Source of the DNA: Malacoraja senta
Taxonomy: Eukaryota
Direction: 5' to 3'
Length of the DNA stretch: 64,000 nucleotides
NCBI GenBank assembly: GCA_038087875.1
Contig: CM075979.1
Span: 17,174,001-17,238,000, forward strand
Shown here: one piece after another, positions 23,311 through 37,195 of the stretch
Layout of the letters: every line of letters begins with the position of its first letter
Position numbering within the stretch: position 1 is the first letter of the stretch
Position numbers and translations under genes: made by a program
Notes under the pieces: model-generated
Databases searched by the model: none
What the model was told of the DNA's origin: nothing
The model's input: only the letters and a program-made list of their open reading frames with translations

Positions 23311-26300
23311 CTAAAGGTAGGTTTGCAAACGGGACCCGCACACGTACGGTACAAGCTCGCATCTCCAGCCTTCACCAGCAAGAACTGTGAGCTGTTGGAG
23401 CATCGGAGATCCGAGAGATGGGTGAGGTGAGACTGGAGACCGGGACACTAACCGTGGTGATGAGAAGGCAGGATACATGCCAGGCGCAGACTCCGCAAAT
23501 GGACGCCTGGCCGGGGAGGAGAGGATATCGGAAGCGGTGACACAGTCCAGGAACATCCGGATACGGAATCGTGGGTTGTGGTTCCTTCACTGGTAGAAGG
23601 TGTTGATGGTTTCGCTGGTAAGTCGAAATTTTGAATCGACCATGTACAAACGTGGTTCTGGTGCAGCGCTGCGGATTAAACCAAGGCGTCCATGACCCTT
23701 GTCGGTTTGAAGTCGTACAACTTGACCACTTGCCAGCGGCTCGAGTGGCCTACTTGTGTCGTACGAGTGTTTCTGGAGTTCGTGCTTATGCTGAAGTTAT
23801 GCTTGAGTTACCGATGGCTTGCGAACCTGTGGTTGTGGTAGTTGCTTGGGTACGGGCAACGTGGTACGGGTCTGCATTGACATCAGGCGTTGGGCAGGAG
23901 ACCCTAGCACTGGGTCGCAGGCAATGTTTCTTAAGTTGAAACAAGTCCAGATAAACGACAGATTTTTGCTAAATGAGATCTTTCCATAACCTGTTTGGCA
24001 CTCCGGACTGCCCGCTCGGCCAGCCCGTTCGATTGAGGGAATTCGGGACTGCTGGTAATGTGATGAAAGTCCCATCGTTGGGCAAAATTCTTGAAGCACT
24101 GGCTGGTGAACTGGCTTCCGTTGTCAGACAGGAGTTTTGCGGGCGCCCCATGACTTGAAAAGTGTTGCGCTAGTTTTTTAACTACCACTGCTGAAGTGGG
24201 GCTGGGAAGCAGATCGATCTCAAACCAGCCCAAGTACGAGTCGACCAGAACCAAGTACTGTTTACGCCATTCAAAAATGTCTGTTGCCAGCGTGGACCAT
24301 GGTAGGGCAGGGACTGGGTGAGGGAGAAGCGGCTGCTTGGGTTGATGGGGCACCAGGCTATTGCAGATCGCGCAGGTTTCCACCTTCTCTTGTATAAACT
24401 CGGTCATTCCGGGCCAGAATAACATGCTCTTGGCTCGAAGGATGGTTGCCTCGATGCCGGGATGTCCCCCGTGGACAGAGTCAAAATATTTGTCTTGTAA
24501 CGCAGTTGGAATGACCGCCTTGTGTCCCTTAACAATCACACCGTTCTGGAGAACAAGCTCATTACGAACCGGAAAGTACGGGCGAACTGCAGCAGGTACC
24601 TTGTGCTGTTTATCCGGCCAGCCATGCCGGATGATCGAGGACAGGGACTGTAGGGTGTCATCGGCTGCTGTCTGGGCAGCCAAGGCGTCCAGGCACTCTG
24701 TGGGAAGGTAAGACACAGTCATCACAATGTAGATGTCGTTGTGTGACGGTTGTTGCTCGCAGATCTTGCGTGGGGCTCTGGATAGAGTGTCGGCTAGGTG
24801 CATGTCTTTGCCTGGTTTGTAAACTAGTTTGATATCGTACCTTTAAAGCTGCATCATCATCCGCTGCAGCCGGGCAGGAGCAGCATGGATTGGCTTGTTC
24901 AAAATGCTGATCAGGGGCTGGTGGTCTGTTTCAACAGTCACAGTCTTTCCAAAAATAAAGTCTTTGAATTTCCCACAGGCGAAAACCACTGCCAGTAGTT
25001 CCTTTTCGATTTGAGCATAGCGTTGCTCAATTTCAGACATTGTGCAAGAGGCATATGCCACGGATCTGTTGTCACCTTCACTGGTGCTCTGAAGACAAGC
25101 AGCACCCAATCCGTACTGGGAGGCATCACAGGTTAACGTTACAGGCAGTTTTACATCAAAGTAAACCAGAGTCGGGGCACAGGACAACTGCTGTTTTAGG
25201 GTATCGAATGCTCCCTGGTGTTGTGTGTACCAGGACCAGGTTGCGTCCTTGTGTGTTAGTTGCCGCAGTGGTGCTGACAGCTCGCTGAAGTTCGGAATGA
25301 ACTTACCCAGGTAATTCACCATGCCTAGGAATCTTTGAAGGCTAGTTACGTCTGTTGGAACCGGCAGTTCGTTGATGGCAATGGTCTTGGAAGGATCTGG
25401 TTTGTATCCATCACTAGTGAAAACGTGTCCCACATACTTCACTTTCCTGACGCGAAATCTGCATTTTGGGGGGTTGAGCTTGAGGTTGATGACCTTGGCA
25501 TGATCCAGTACTTTCTTTAAATTGGCATCGTGTTCTGACATGTCGCGGCTAGCAACGAGAATGTCATCGACAATAATGGCTCAGGGGTGTCCTGTGAACA
25601 ACTGTTCCATCGTGCACTGGAAGACTTCACTGACAGAGTTGATGCCAAAGGGCATTCGCAGAAACCTGTAGCGGCCAAAATGTGTGCCAAAAGTGGTAAG
25701 TTCAGATGATTTGTGGTCTAAAGGGATTTGCCAGAATGAACTTTTGCCATCCAAAACAGAGAACACAGTCGCGTTGCCCAAGTGTGCTGCTACCTCTTCT
25801 ACTGTGCGCATTGGGTAGTGCGGGTGCTTGATCGCAGTATTCAGATCTCTGGGGTTGATACAGATTCGTATTTCGTCTTTGTTTTTGTTGGTGGCCACCA
25901 CCATGGTTGAGATCCAATCCGACGGGTCATTGACTGCAGCGATGATGCCTAGGGATTCCATTCTTTGAAGTTTGTTTTGTACGCGGTCGCACATGGCATG
26001 CGGAATTCAGTGAGGGGCTCGCACAACGGGCATTATGTCAGGGTCAGCTACAATAGAGTACTTGAGGGGTAGTTTGCCAGGTTTGTTATCGAAGATTTCT
26101 TTGTACTGAGAATCTGTTCGGTGGTATCTTGGGCAGGGGAAAGTTGGTGTACTTCTTCTGCAAGGCTTACCAATCCCAGATCCTGACAGGCATCAATACC
26201 GAGTAGGGTTGTTACATTTCCTGGGACAATGAAAAAGTTCAGCTTGTGCATACCTGTCGCTAGGTGGCACTGCAGGTCAGCCCTGCCGAAGGGAATTAAC

Positions 26301-26545
26301 GAGCCTTTTGTGTTTATAACAGTTTATGCGTTTCTGACCCTGGAAAATTCGGCCAGAGACATAACATTACAGCGAGCCCCAGTGTCGATCTTTGCCACAG
26401 CAGTAGTCTTATTGATTCGAAATGTGACTTCAGGGTCTCGTAGTTTACAAGAAATCTCGGATAGAGAATGTATGTTTAGGCTGGAAATATCAGGTTCCGA
26501 CAAATTCCCACAAGGAGACAGCACAGCTTGAGCTGGATCGGTCAA
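23311..26545 (-). pseudogene. Gypsy pol remnants: protease, RT, RNase H, integrase
   Basis: KIDTGARCNV (protease); RICINPRDLN and YRFLRMPFG (RT); TCDASQYGLG and YAQIEKELLA (RNase H); HGGHPG..CAIC, ATDIF, SDNGSQF, SNGLAER (integrase); several frameshifts and stops. Confidence 0.93.
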
Positions 26546-26776
26546 GCATGGGAACTATCTTGCTGGAGCAGATTTACCTGCTGTTTGGGTTCTGTACGAA
26601 TTCTGCGGGCACGACAGCACCGAATAAAGTGGTTTCTTCGTTTACAATAGTGGCAAACTTTCCCGTTGGCTGGGCATTGCTCGCGGACAGCGGAGTGAGA
26701 ACTACCACAATTATTACACTGAATAAGAACCTTGCTGGGCTGTTTCTCTTCTGGTGGCAGGCGTGGGGCACGGTAA

Positions 26777-27735
26777 TAATAATAATAATACATTTTATTT
26801 ATAGGGCGCCTTTCAGGACTCTCAAGGACACCTTACAATTAAAACAAACATGACACCTTACAATTAAACAAGCATGAAACAGCAACAATACACAATTCGG
26901 AGAGAGAGCAGCGGCAGCCAATCATGCCAGCGTTCACTCTCACCTCCAGCAGCCATGTTTTCCGAGCCATCTGCAGCACACCAATAAAATTAAAACACAA
27001 CATTAAAGAATTTAACATAAAACATAAACATCCCCCCACAATGGTTCCCACTTTGAGGGAAGGCAACAAAGTCCAGTCCTCTTCCTCTTGTTCACCCATG
27101 GTCGGGCCTATTGAGGCCACCGCAGTCGTCGCAACGGCAGCCCGTTGTTGCAGGCCCTCTCGCCGGATGATGGAGTTCCAGCGTCGGGAGAACACTCTCA
27201 GCGGCTTGGAGTGCCTGGAACGGCAGCTTCCTCCCCGGAGACCGCGGTTCCCGATGTCCACAGGCCACGCTGGTCGGAGCTCCAACACTGGCGATCTCGG
27301 CGAGAGATCCCAGGCTCCGCGGTGTTTAAACTCAGCGCCGCTCCCAGCTGGACGCCCCACGACCACAGCTCCGCAATGTTAGAGTCGGCGGGCTTAGCAC
27401 TCCGGAGCTTACCATACGGCGACCCGGATAAGGCATCGCCCGTTCCGCGATGGTTTTTCAGTCGAAGTTCTGGCCGGTCCCGGCAGGAAACGCCGCTCCA
27501 GACCCGTTGGTAGGCCGCGAGGAAGGGGCGAAGATGCGGCTCGGTGGAAAGCCGCAACTCCGACAAGGTAGGGACAGAGAATACAGTTTCCCCCTTCCCC
27601 CCTTCCCACCCCCCCCCCCCACATAAAAAAGACTAGAGCTCAAAACAAAACATTTAAGGCACTAAAAACAAAAAAAAGGGTGAAAAGGACAGACAGCTGC
27701 AGGCAGAGCAGCCATACTCGACGGCGCCCCCTCTT
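26777..27735 (-). mobile_element. Non-autonomous GC-rich retroposon with (TAA)n tail inserted in gag
   Basis: taataataata tail at about 26774-26790; family core 27000-27700; 5' end gggcgcc at about 27730. Confidence 0.7.
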
Positions 27736-27836
27736 CCCAGAGCGGGTTGGCAACACTCACATGGTACGATGACTGCGGACCCAGCCCTGTGAGGCGGATA
27801 TGAGAGTCAGTAGCTTCAGCAATGCGGCTGACATTC

Positions 27837-30800
27837 AAAGAATGGAAAAACACCAGGTCCGGATGGATTTACTAATGAATTTTATAAAAGCTTCTATGAT
27901 AAAATTATACCAAGATTACAAAAAATGTACCAATATGCTTTTAAAAAACAAATACTACCTGATACATTAGCGGAATCAACGATTACACTAATACTTAAGA
28001 AAGACAAAGATTTAGAAGAACCGGGTTCATATAGAGCTATAGCATTTTTAAACACAGATCAAAAAATATTAGCGAAAACATTATCTAGAAGATTAAGTAA
28101 ATATATTAGTAAATTAATAAACCCAGATCAGACGGGGTTTATCCCTAAGAGATACTCATCTAACAATATGAGACGTTTACTCAACATAATGCACTCACAC
28201 AAATCTGAAGAACAAGAATTATCAATTATCTCGCTGGATGCTGAAAAAGCATTTGACCAAGTAGAATGGAATTATATGGATAAAGTATTACAAAAATTCC
28301 AACTGGGAGCGAATTTTATTCTATGGATTAAATTATTATATAATAAACCTACAGCTAGAATATTAACTAATAACATATTATCCTTGAAATTCCAACTATC
28401 AATGGGAAACAGACAAGGATGCTCATTATCACCATAGTTGTTTGCTCTTATTATTGAACCGCTAGCAGAAAAAATTTAGAATACACCCTGATATCCATGG
28501 GTATAATACTAAAGATTCAAATAATAAAATATCTTTATACGCGGATGACATATTACTGTACATTGCAAAACCTCAAATCACTATACCAAATATATTAAAT
28601 TTAATTGAAGACTTTGGATCTTTTTCTGGATACAGAATAAATTGGAATAAAAGTGAAATTATGTCAATAAAACCGAAAGATACAACACATCTTTTAAAAT
28701 TCCCTTTTAAAATAGCTACAGAAAAATTTAAATACTTGGGAATCGAAATTACTAGAACATACCAAGGTATGTTTAAAGCAAATTTTGATCCCCTACTTAA
28801 TAAATTAAACACACTCATTAAATTTTGGAAAACGCTCCCGATGTCTTTAATAGGCCGAATAAATGCAATAAAAATGATCTTTCTACCACAAATTTTATAC
28901 CTATTTCAATCGATTCCTATATACTTACCAAATAAGTTTTTTTTTAAACTGGACTCAGATATCACTAATTTTATATGGGACTATAAATCACATAGAATAC
29001 AAAAAACTCACTTGAATAAACCTAAAGTATTAGGGGGTTTAGCACTACCTAATTTCATGTATTATTATTGGTCAGTAAATAATAAAAATATGATTCAACT
29101 GATGGATAACTCTGCCCAGCAAGTGGACTGGATTGTAATGGAGAAAGAGGATTGCTCCTCTGGAAACATTGGAGCGATCCTCCTCTCACCAATGAAACTG
29201 AATAATATAAATTATAATAAGAACCCAATTATACATAGCACAATCCGAATTCGGAAACAAATAAAACAAAATTTAAAATTAAGAAATTTATCACTTTTAT
29301 CTCCCATAGTTAATAACCCTTCGTTTAATCCCTCTACTATAGATAAATCTTTCATACATTGGGATAGACTAGGAATTAAAACGTTCGGTGACTTATATGA
29401 AACTGGAAAATTACTTTCATTTCAACAATTACAAATAAAATATAATCTCGGAAATAATCAATATTTTAAATATTTTCAAATATGCGACTATTTGAAAAAA
29501 TATACAAAAGATCATTATAATAGCTCAGCAGATGTATTGGATGATGCAATGCAGATAAAAGCTGAATCAGCAAACTTAATATCATATTTGTATAATATTA
29601 TCTTAAATGTAGAAATACCATCTACGGAGGGTATCAGAAGGGACTGGGAACAAGAGTTAAAGGGCTGTCTCACTGTGCGAGTTGACCCACGAGTGACCCC
29701 GAGTTTAAAACAAATTTAACTCGTGGTAATCACGTACAATTAACGTAGCGGAAACGTCTGAACTCGTGGACGCAACTTGGCAACTCTTGGTGCTAACGGG
29801 AGGTACACGTGAAACTTGTTAACTCTTGCAAAAGTTCAAACATGTTTGAACTTTTCCACGAGTAAAATGTACTCTTGTGGTTAAAAATTGAAACATTTAA
29901 ACTCGTTGTAAGAACGTAGTGGCCCGTGCGTTTAACTTTGTGACTCGTGATTCTACCGTGGGAACTCTTTTTAGAAACAATAATCAGGGACAGAAATATC
30001 AGTTACTTAGACTTTTTAAAGACAAATTCTGCTTAACAAAGTTAAGCAAGTTATTGATAAGGTGACAGAGTGGGTTGAAAAGAAAAGGGCTTCTCATACA
30101 TGAAAATCAACAAATGAAGCACAAATAAAAGTATTTCCACTATATACTAATTCAGCTGAGAAATGCACAAGTCTAAATTCAGGCAATAAAAGATACAATG
30201 CAATGCGCTAAATGACAAGTTTTGAGATCTACAATCAGATAAGCAGATGCATGATAACCACGTTTTAAAGGAAAGACAGATGCAATGAAATTACTTTTAC
30301 ACCACAATAAAAAATAAAATCCACACTTAAAGTTAAACAATGAAAAGTCAGCAGGATTTAAACTAAACATGAAATTAACTGGATTTTTCTGCATGTGAGC
30401 TCTCCTCATGCAGTGATGTACCTGTGGTCGGCAGCCGCTCAAAATAAGCTGTCCTGCCACGGCACACTGCCCAATTCTGAATTATAGTAGGAGCAGAGAT
30501 GGTCTCTCTGCTCTTTTGCACTGTTGGTCCCCGTGTTACCTCGAAAACACTGCAGTGGCACCAAAGTCTCGTCGTTTGTACCACTCCTCCACGCACCTAG
30601 TGTTATTCTCCCTGTTTGACTGTCCACTAAGTCACCGTCCTGCATGGCTGTTGCTGATCCTGAAGCTGCACCTCTGATACGGATCAGGTTGTGCAGAACA
30701 CATGCAGCAAACACAATAGTCTCTACGTTCTTTGGCTGGCATGACATCATTTTTTTAACATGAGATGATTTTTCAACACTTCGATATACATTGTTGCCTC

Positions 30801-31959
30801 AAGATTAACGGGAGAGGAACTTGGTACACTCGGGAGACGAACTTGGAACATCGCAGAAATGAGAAGTAAACGGGAAACTTAGACATACCCGTGGGAACTC
30901 GGTTAAACTCTGGATCATAAACTTGTAGTCTCGTACGCAACCACGAGTCTTTCACTCGGGGTCACTCGTGGGTCAACTTGCACAGTGAGACAGACCTTTT
31001 AGCTATTAAAATTTCAAAGGAAAGGTGGAATGAACATTTATTAAACGTGCATAAATGTTCGATTAATGTAAGACACACTTTAATACAATTTAAAATTTTA
31101 CATAGATTATATTATTCCAAAACTAAAATCCATAAAATTTTCCCAAATGTATCATCCATTTGTGATAAATGTCAATCCCAAGAAGCTACTATAGCGCACT
31201 CATTTGTTTTCTGTACAAAAATTCAAAAATTTTGGATTGAAATTTTCGAGATCTTTACAAAATTATTTAAAATAAAACTGATACCCAAAGCAGAATGGAT
31301 TATCTTCGGAATAACGGAAGATGGTCCAGAACTAAATGTGTTTCAAAAGAAACTAATAGACTACGGGTTAATAACCGGAAAAAAGCTAATCCTAAAATTT
31401 TGGAAGAAGGCTCCAATACCAACTATAAACATGTGGATTTCAAATATGTTCGAAACATTACACCTAGAAGAGATAAGACTCCTCCTGGCAGGTAAACCAG
31501 ATCACTTCCACCTGACGTGGTCTGTATTTATAGAATTATTACAAAAATAGGGTGCAAAGGTACTTTAAAAAAAAAACTGAGCTCAGGTAAGGGGGGATGA
31601 AAGTTGGAGAGTTGGTATGTCCCATTTGCGTAATGCTCATAAAAACTATTTGTTTTTCTCTTTTCCCTCTTTCTCTTTCTCTTTCTTTTCTAGGGTCTAT
31701 TTCTTAACTCTTTTTCTTTTGTTTTTAATTTTGTTCTTATAGGGTCTTCGTTCTTTCTTGTTGTCACATTTTCTACACTTTCACTTTTTCCTTCACTTTC
31801 TTCTTCTTTCTCTCAATCTCATCCTTTCCCTTTTCTAGTGTAAAAAACAAACGGAGTACATTAATTATAAGAAGATATAAGTGACGAGTACTAATGTATG
31901 TGGTTGTAATGTAATGTACTTCTAATAAATAAATACATTAAAAAAAAAAATTTTTTTAA
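27837..31959 (+). mobile_element. 5'-truncated L1-clade LINE (ORF2 RT to C-terminus) inside Gypsy gag
   Basis: GKTPGPDGF, SLDAEKAFD, RQGCSLSP, YADD, CDKC..H..C; AATAAA 31924-31929 then poly(A); 7-bp TSD GACATTC at 27830-27836 and 31960-31966. Confidence 0.93.
29660..30998. mobile_element. PIF/Harbinger element, copy 2, with transposase C-terminal remnant (30439-30750, - strand)
   Basis: 45-bp TIRs (2 mismatches); TTA TSD at 29657-29659 and 30999-31001; removal restores L1 EQELAIKISKERW; remnant AACVLHNLIR...RDHLCSYYNSELGSVPWQ is typical of Harbinger DDE C-termini. Confidence 0.92.
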
Positions 31960-34900
31960 GACATTCTCTGCTCCGATGAGAGTTAAATCAGCATCCTGTA
32001 GTAGTTCACTTTTCACTTTATCATTCAAGATGCCACTCACCAGGCTATCGCAGACAGGCTCATCACACAGGTCTCCAAAACGACACCGGATTGCAATGTG
32101 TTTTATGATACTGATGTAAGCCTCGACAGGCTCGCCAGAGAGCTAGTTTCTTTGATAGAATTTGTTGCGTTCCATAACCATGTTAGTCCGAAGTTCACAC
32201 AGGTGTCTGAACTTGGTCATTAGACAGACTGGGTCGTTTATAGACTCTTGGGGAGTGGTCTCCTCATTGTTGTCGCCCATTACAGTCGGGGAATAGTGGA
32301 ACCGCTCAGCTCGTTGAATAGCTTCAGATCCGGCGACATTGAGAAGTACAGCAGCTATCTGGTCTGGAGGCACTCAGCGTTGGGCAGCTCGAATGTAGAC
32401 ATTGAAATCCCTTTCAAAAATCTGCCAATGCTTACTGAGGTCGGCTTTGAAAACTAGCGGGTCGGGCTTCTTAAACGATTGAGCCATAATAAAGTGGGAA
32501 GGGGAAAAAAAACTGAGGAATGAAAATGAAAAAATGATAAACGAGGAGCAGAATGGGTCCAAAAACTCTGACATCATGTAGAGCTATTAACAAATACTCC
32601 AAGTAGCAATCCAACAAGTTTATTAGCATATAATAATCGTTAGTTATATAAGATGACTGCGGGTAAAATGCGGACTGGATTATAAATCCGAATGGTGTGT
32701 GTTAGTATTCGGTAGAGCAGATCTACAATAGAGTCATAGAGTCACACAGCAGGGAAACAGGCCCTTCGGCCCAACTTGCCCATGCCGACCAACTTGCTCC
32801 ATCTACAGTACACTTTGCCTGCCTTTGGCCCATTTATCTCAACTATCTGTACTCTGTCAGTTGCCAATGCCCTATCCATGCCAATTTGTAATCCCTAACC
32901 GTGCGCACTCCTTATGCTGTGCAAACATTTTAGTAGCACTTTATTGATACATTTTGAGAATCTAAACATATTACATCCACTGGTAGACAAAAGTGCTGGA
33001 GAAACTCAGCGGGTGTGGCAGCATCTATGGAGCAAAGGAAATAGGCAATGTTTCGGGCCGAAACCTTTCTTCAGTCTTATTCGAGGGCAAACTCTTCTAA
33101 ACTCGCGAATTAGGTCCCCGCAGTGGGACAGGCCCTTAATCTGGAGAGAAAGAATGGGTGACATTTTGGGTCGAGACCCTTCTCCAGACTCAAGCCCACT
33201 GATTATCTATAGTTATTGGGATGATTTTAGTGTTCTATCATGAAGACTAATCCAAAATAATCATTCAGAACCTCTGCAAATTCTCCATTTTCCTTAATTA
33301 ATTCCCATTCTCATCTTCTAAGGGAACAACATTTATCAAAATCCCGCAAAAAGATGGCACAAATCTTGCTGAAAATAATACTGAGAGATTTTGTATTGAA
33401 AATAATGTTATTGCCTAGTTTTGTACTTAATGTTTCCTATAAGAGATAAAATCAAATAAATTGTTAAAAAAATAAATTTCTAGTGTTTTAACTGGAAAAA
33501 CTCAAAGCAAATTATGAATCTGAATATAGCTGATGTTTCCAAAATTAATTGATTTTTAACCTGGAAACCGAGATGCTACATCATAAGTCATCTTAAAACA
33601 CAACAGTTAAAATCTGCACTAGGAACACGTATCCAACTTCTGCAAATGCGTTCTCTGGGGAATCGTGAATGAACCAGTACAAACTGTTTACACAAGGCAA
33701 TCTCCATGATTTATGCAAAACTTGGTGGTTTTGAAGCAGGAAATCTTCTTATCTATTGTTCTGACTTCTACCATTGATAAGTTGGTGTACATACAAACTG
33801 CTGCAGTAATTTTAAAACTTGTCTGAAAAAGTTCTAGGTTATACCTTTGATTAATTATACAATTTATTTGTTGATGTAATAACTGACATCCGGAATTGAA
33901 AATGATCCCCTGGAGAACATATGTGTTATCAAGTAAGTGATCAAGTTATTTCTTTGCACTGTGACTATATTATACAAATAATTGTGTGGGAATACAAACT
34001 GAGCTAAATCAGAATGTTTGGTAATCTTTCATTGCACTGTTTGTTTTTTCACAAGAGCAATCTTCCTCAAAAGAAATAAAGAACTGCAATTATATTGTGC
34101 TTTTCATCCTCTACAATGCCCTAAAATGTGTCTCTGTTAGTGCAGATTTCACATACAGCAATTGAGATGCAGTAACCTGCTTCTGTTTTGCAAGGTGGAA
34201 AAATGTTGGCAAGGAAACTGGAAGAATTCATCACTCCTCTGTAGAAAGTGCCACGATAACCTTCAGGTCCATGGAGTCGGTCATATGGGCTAACAAGTTG
34301 TCCTACAACTTTAGGCTGTGCACGCCATACGCAAGAAGAAGAAGTCATATGGCTCACTGAGTTCACATCAAGCATTCAAGTGCCCATATAATTTAATCCC
34401 ACTCAAATCCCTTTTTTAACCACCCCCTCATCCCCATCTCCACCAGTTTCCCCGAGATACTGACATGCACCATACACTAGGACAAATTAGCCTACCAACC
34501 TGCACATCTTTAGAATGTGTGAAACATAAGCAAACCTAAGCAGAGGCTGTACCTTGTTGGTCCTCAACTTCCCACAATCATTACAATTTAGAAAATATCA
34601 GTATATTTTTCTGCTCATCAAGGCCTCGTAGTGATTTATACACCCCACCATGCTTTGCTGTGTTTGTACCACTCCTACGCACAGGACAACAATCTCATTT
34701 CCCAGATTCCATGAATAGCAACAGGTAAACATTTTTAATTGTGATGGGCAAAGGACAAATGATCTCAGGACAACTTGTTCTCCATCAGATACTGGCATGA
34801 AATATTTAAGGTCAACCTGAAAGGGCATAAAAAACTTTGGTTAAATGTCTCCCCCAAGAAGCACCCTCACATATGGACCTTCCAACTCAAAAGCAACTAG

Positions 34901-35020
34901 TGAACCAATATTCACATCAGTTTTGTATGATACTCGTGAAAATACTGCAACTGCACTTTGCACCAAATGCAGTTGATCAACATCAACTTATCTTGCCTCC
35001 TTTACAAATCTGTAACCACA

Positions 35021-35396
35021 AAGGGCCTGTCCCATTTTCCAGAGTAATTCACGAATTCTCCTGAGTTTATCAAACTCGCAGATTGTTCGTAACGAGTCCG
35101 TAGGAGGCCGTAGGAGTCCGTGGATATATCATAGCAGCTCGTTATGCCAGCCGTAGGTACTCGGGGCTATGTTTTTACTCGTGGACATTAATTCATCAGG
35201 CTGGAAAAAAACATTCCGACTTACCTGATGCCCCGAGTGCCTACAGCTGGCATAACGAGCCGCTACAATATATCCACGGACTCCTACGGCCTCCTACGGA
35301 CTCGTTACGAACATTCTGCAAGTTTGAAAACTCGGGAAAATTCGTGAATAACTCAGGAGAATTTGTGAATAACTCTGGAAAGTGGGACAGGCCCTT
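35021..35396. mobile_element. Near-palindromic Harbinger-type MITE
   Basis: aagggcctgtccca / tgggacaggccctt termini; 3-bp TSD ACA (35018-35020, 35397-35399); long internal inverted arms. Confidence 0.9.
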
Positions 35397-37195
35397 ACAG
35401 TTCACTTACACTTAAGGTTTTCAAAATTATGCTACAAGCCCACCACCGATTTTCCAGCAACTGGCTGTCCGCACCCCCAACCCTCGAATCCGGACAAATT
35501 GCCCCCCTGAAAATGTGACGCCTAAGTCGGGTGAGGCGGCTGATCTCAACCTCATCGGGACTTCCGCGACATCTGGGGGTCAATTCTGCCCCCTGCGATC
35601 TATTCTCATGACAAACTCTTCCATACCCAGCTTTGCGGCCCGGTATCTGCTACCCCGTCCCCCCATCCCTCACATGACCTCTGTTGGTCTGGCAACACAG
35701 ATAATCCAGAAAGGCTCTGGAACCAAGGGTAAATACTTCATCATCTTGTCAATGTCATCGTAAAGTGTTCACTTTCTTCAAAATATTTGTGCTGCCAAGT
35801 TTTATACCTCCTGCTAACGCCAAAATTAATCAATTTAAAACAATAATGCAAAATATAATACATACAAAATTGACTATTAGGCAAGTATTGCAAATAATCT
35901 CCCATGCTGAAAACATCCATCCAACTTCAAACTTTGTTTCCCATAACTGAGTTAATTCTGAATCAACACAGCTTTTTTTTATTATTCATTCCATAATAAC
36001 CCAGCTCTGTGGTACTGCAACAACCAATGATTCAAATGATCAGGATTTTTTCTAAAAGGCATCTATCTCCAAAATCAGTCTGCTTTCTTCATGATCATTG
36101 GATCTGGAAAGGCAAATCTCATGGTCCTGGACTGAGCACTGAACCCGCAGTGGTGAAGAGGGCCACAAACAACTTAATAGAATAATAGCAGAACAAGCCC
36201 TATTCACAAAGCTTCCTACACAGAGATCTGTCAACCGTCCAACAGCAGAGTGTAGACAGGAAATAACCTGCAGAGATTGGTCTGCAAATTAATTTCAAGA
36301 ATTGCTATGGTTTGTCGGAACTGCTTGCAATAAACAGTGAAATCAGAGTAAATATCTTTCCTACCTAATCTACTACTTTTTTGAAAATCATTTTAAGACC
36401 TTGATATAAATCAACATCATTTTGGTTTGGATCTTCACTTACCATGATTCTTGGTTTCACACATCAGAACTCTGTCTTTTTATTTGATTAGTATCCTGCA
36501 TCAATTTCTTACCAGTGGGTTGCAAACAAAAGGAGCACATCCTATCTGTTAGAATTTCTCTCCAGCATCCTTTGGCTTAAAATACTTTGCACTTTAAGTT
36601 GTTAACAGCATAGCGAGGGGCCTTTATGAACATTGAGACTAGTCTAGCTCCGTAACCAAGATTAAAAAATGAACAAATAAATGAGAAACCAAGTGCACAG
36701 AATCACTATCCTGGTGTCCACCATTTCTGTATGTATTTTGAGGGCAACATTTAGCTAATATCTCTTCACACAGCTGCTGTGAATATTCAACTCACCAACC
36801 TGTGCAGTGCCCCGAAGTAATTGCTGCAAACAGTGAGCATCTTTCCTTTAAGAGGTGCAAGCAATTAATATGTTACTTTCAGTTGCTGGTTAGAACTCCC
36901 ATAACCGATCCCCTTTAATGTCAAAAAGAATGGCATGAATAACACTTCAGAAGGTACAAACAGCATCAAGTCAAACCAGCATGGATCCCAGCACAGTCAT
37001 TTCAACATGTGATTTCCAGCATGAGCATATTTCTAGCCCTTATGTGTCCTTTAGCCTACGGTAATCCATTAGATCATTTTGGGGACCAAATATTTCTTAC
37101 AATGAGATGACTCACATTGCAATTTATACTGATAACAATCTTGTTATCTTTAATACAGAAGGATTTCATTGTATGATTGAGGGATTCATATTAAA

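Larger units (their letters stand above)
26550..32490 (-). pseudogene. Gypsy gag remnants split by two insertions
   Basis: N-terminus MAQSFKKPDPLVF (near 32490); middle LLQDADLTLIGAENV|SRIAEAT rejoins across the L1; zinc knuckles CNNCGSSH and CHYCKRRNHFIRCC at 26600-26720. Confidence 0.8.
22967..32727 (-). mobile_element. Ty3/Gypsy LTR retrotransposon, decayed, with nested insertions
   Basis: LTRs 22967-23179 and 32577-32727 (TGTAGA...TCTACA/C); 5-bp TSD ATAGA at 22962-22966 and 32728-32732; PBS-like TGATGTCAGAG next to the 5' LTR (similar to tRNA-Leu PBS TGGTGTCAGAAG); purine tract next to the 3' LTR; domain order gag-PR-RT-RH-INT. Confidence 0.95.

Noticed and set aside
29660-30998. RSS heptamer CACAGTG in Harbinger TIRs (also 19696, 21559, near 56677) as a RAG-transposon relic
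   Set aside because: The heptamer is 11 bp inside the end and faces outward, no nonamer follows at 12 or 23 nt, the TSD is 3-bp TTA, and the remnant is a Harbinger transposase.
34121-34375. EGYRGTFYRG resembling a mitochondrial-carrier motif
   Set aside because: No PxD/ExxK/R signature or flanking helices; motif too short.
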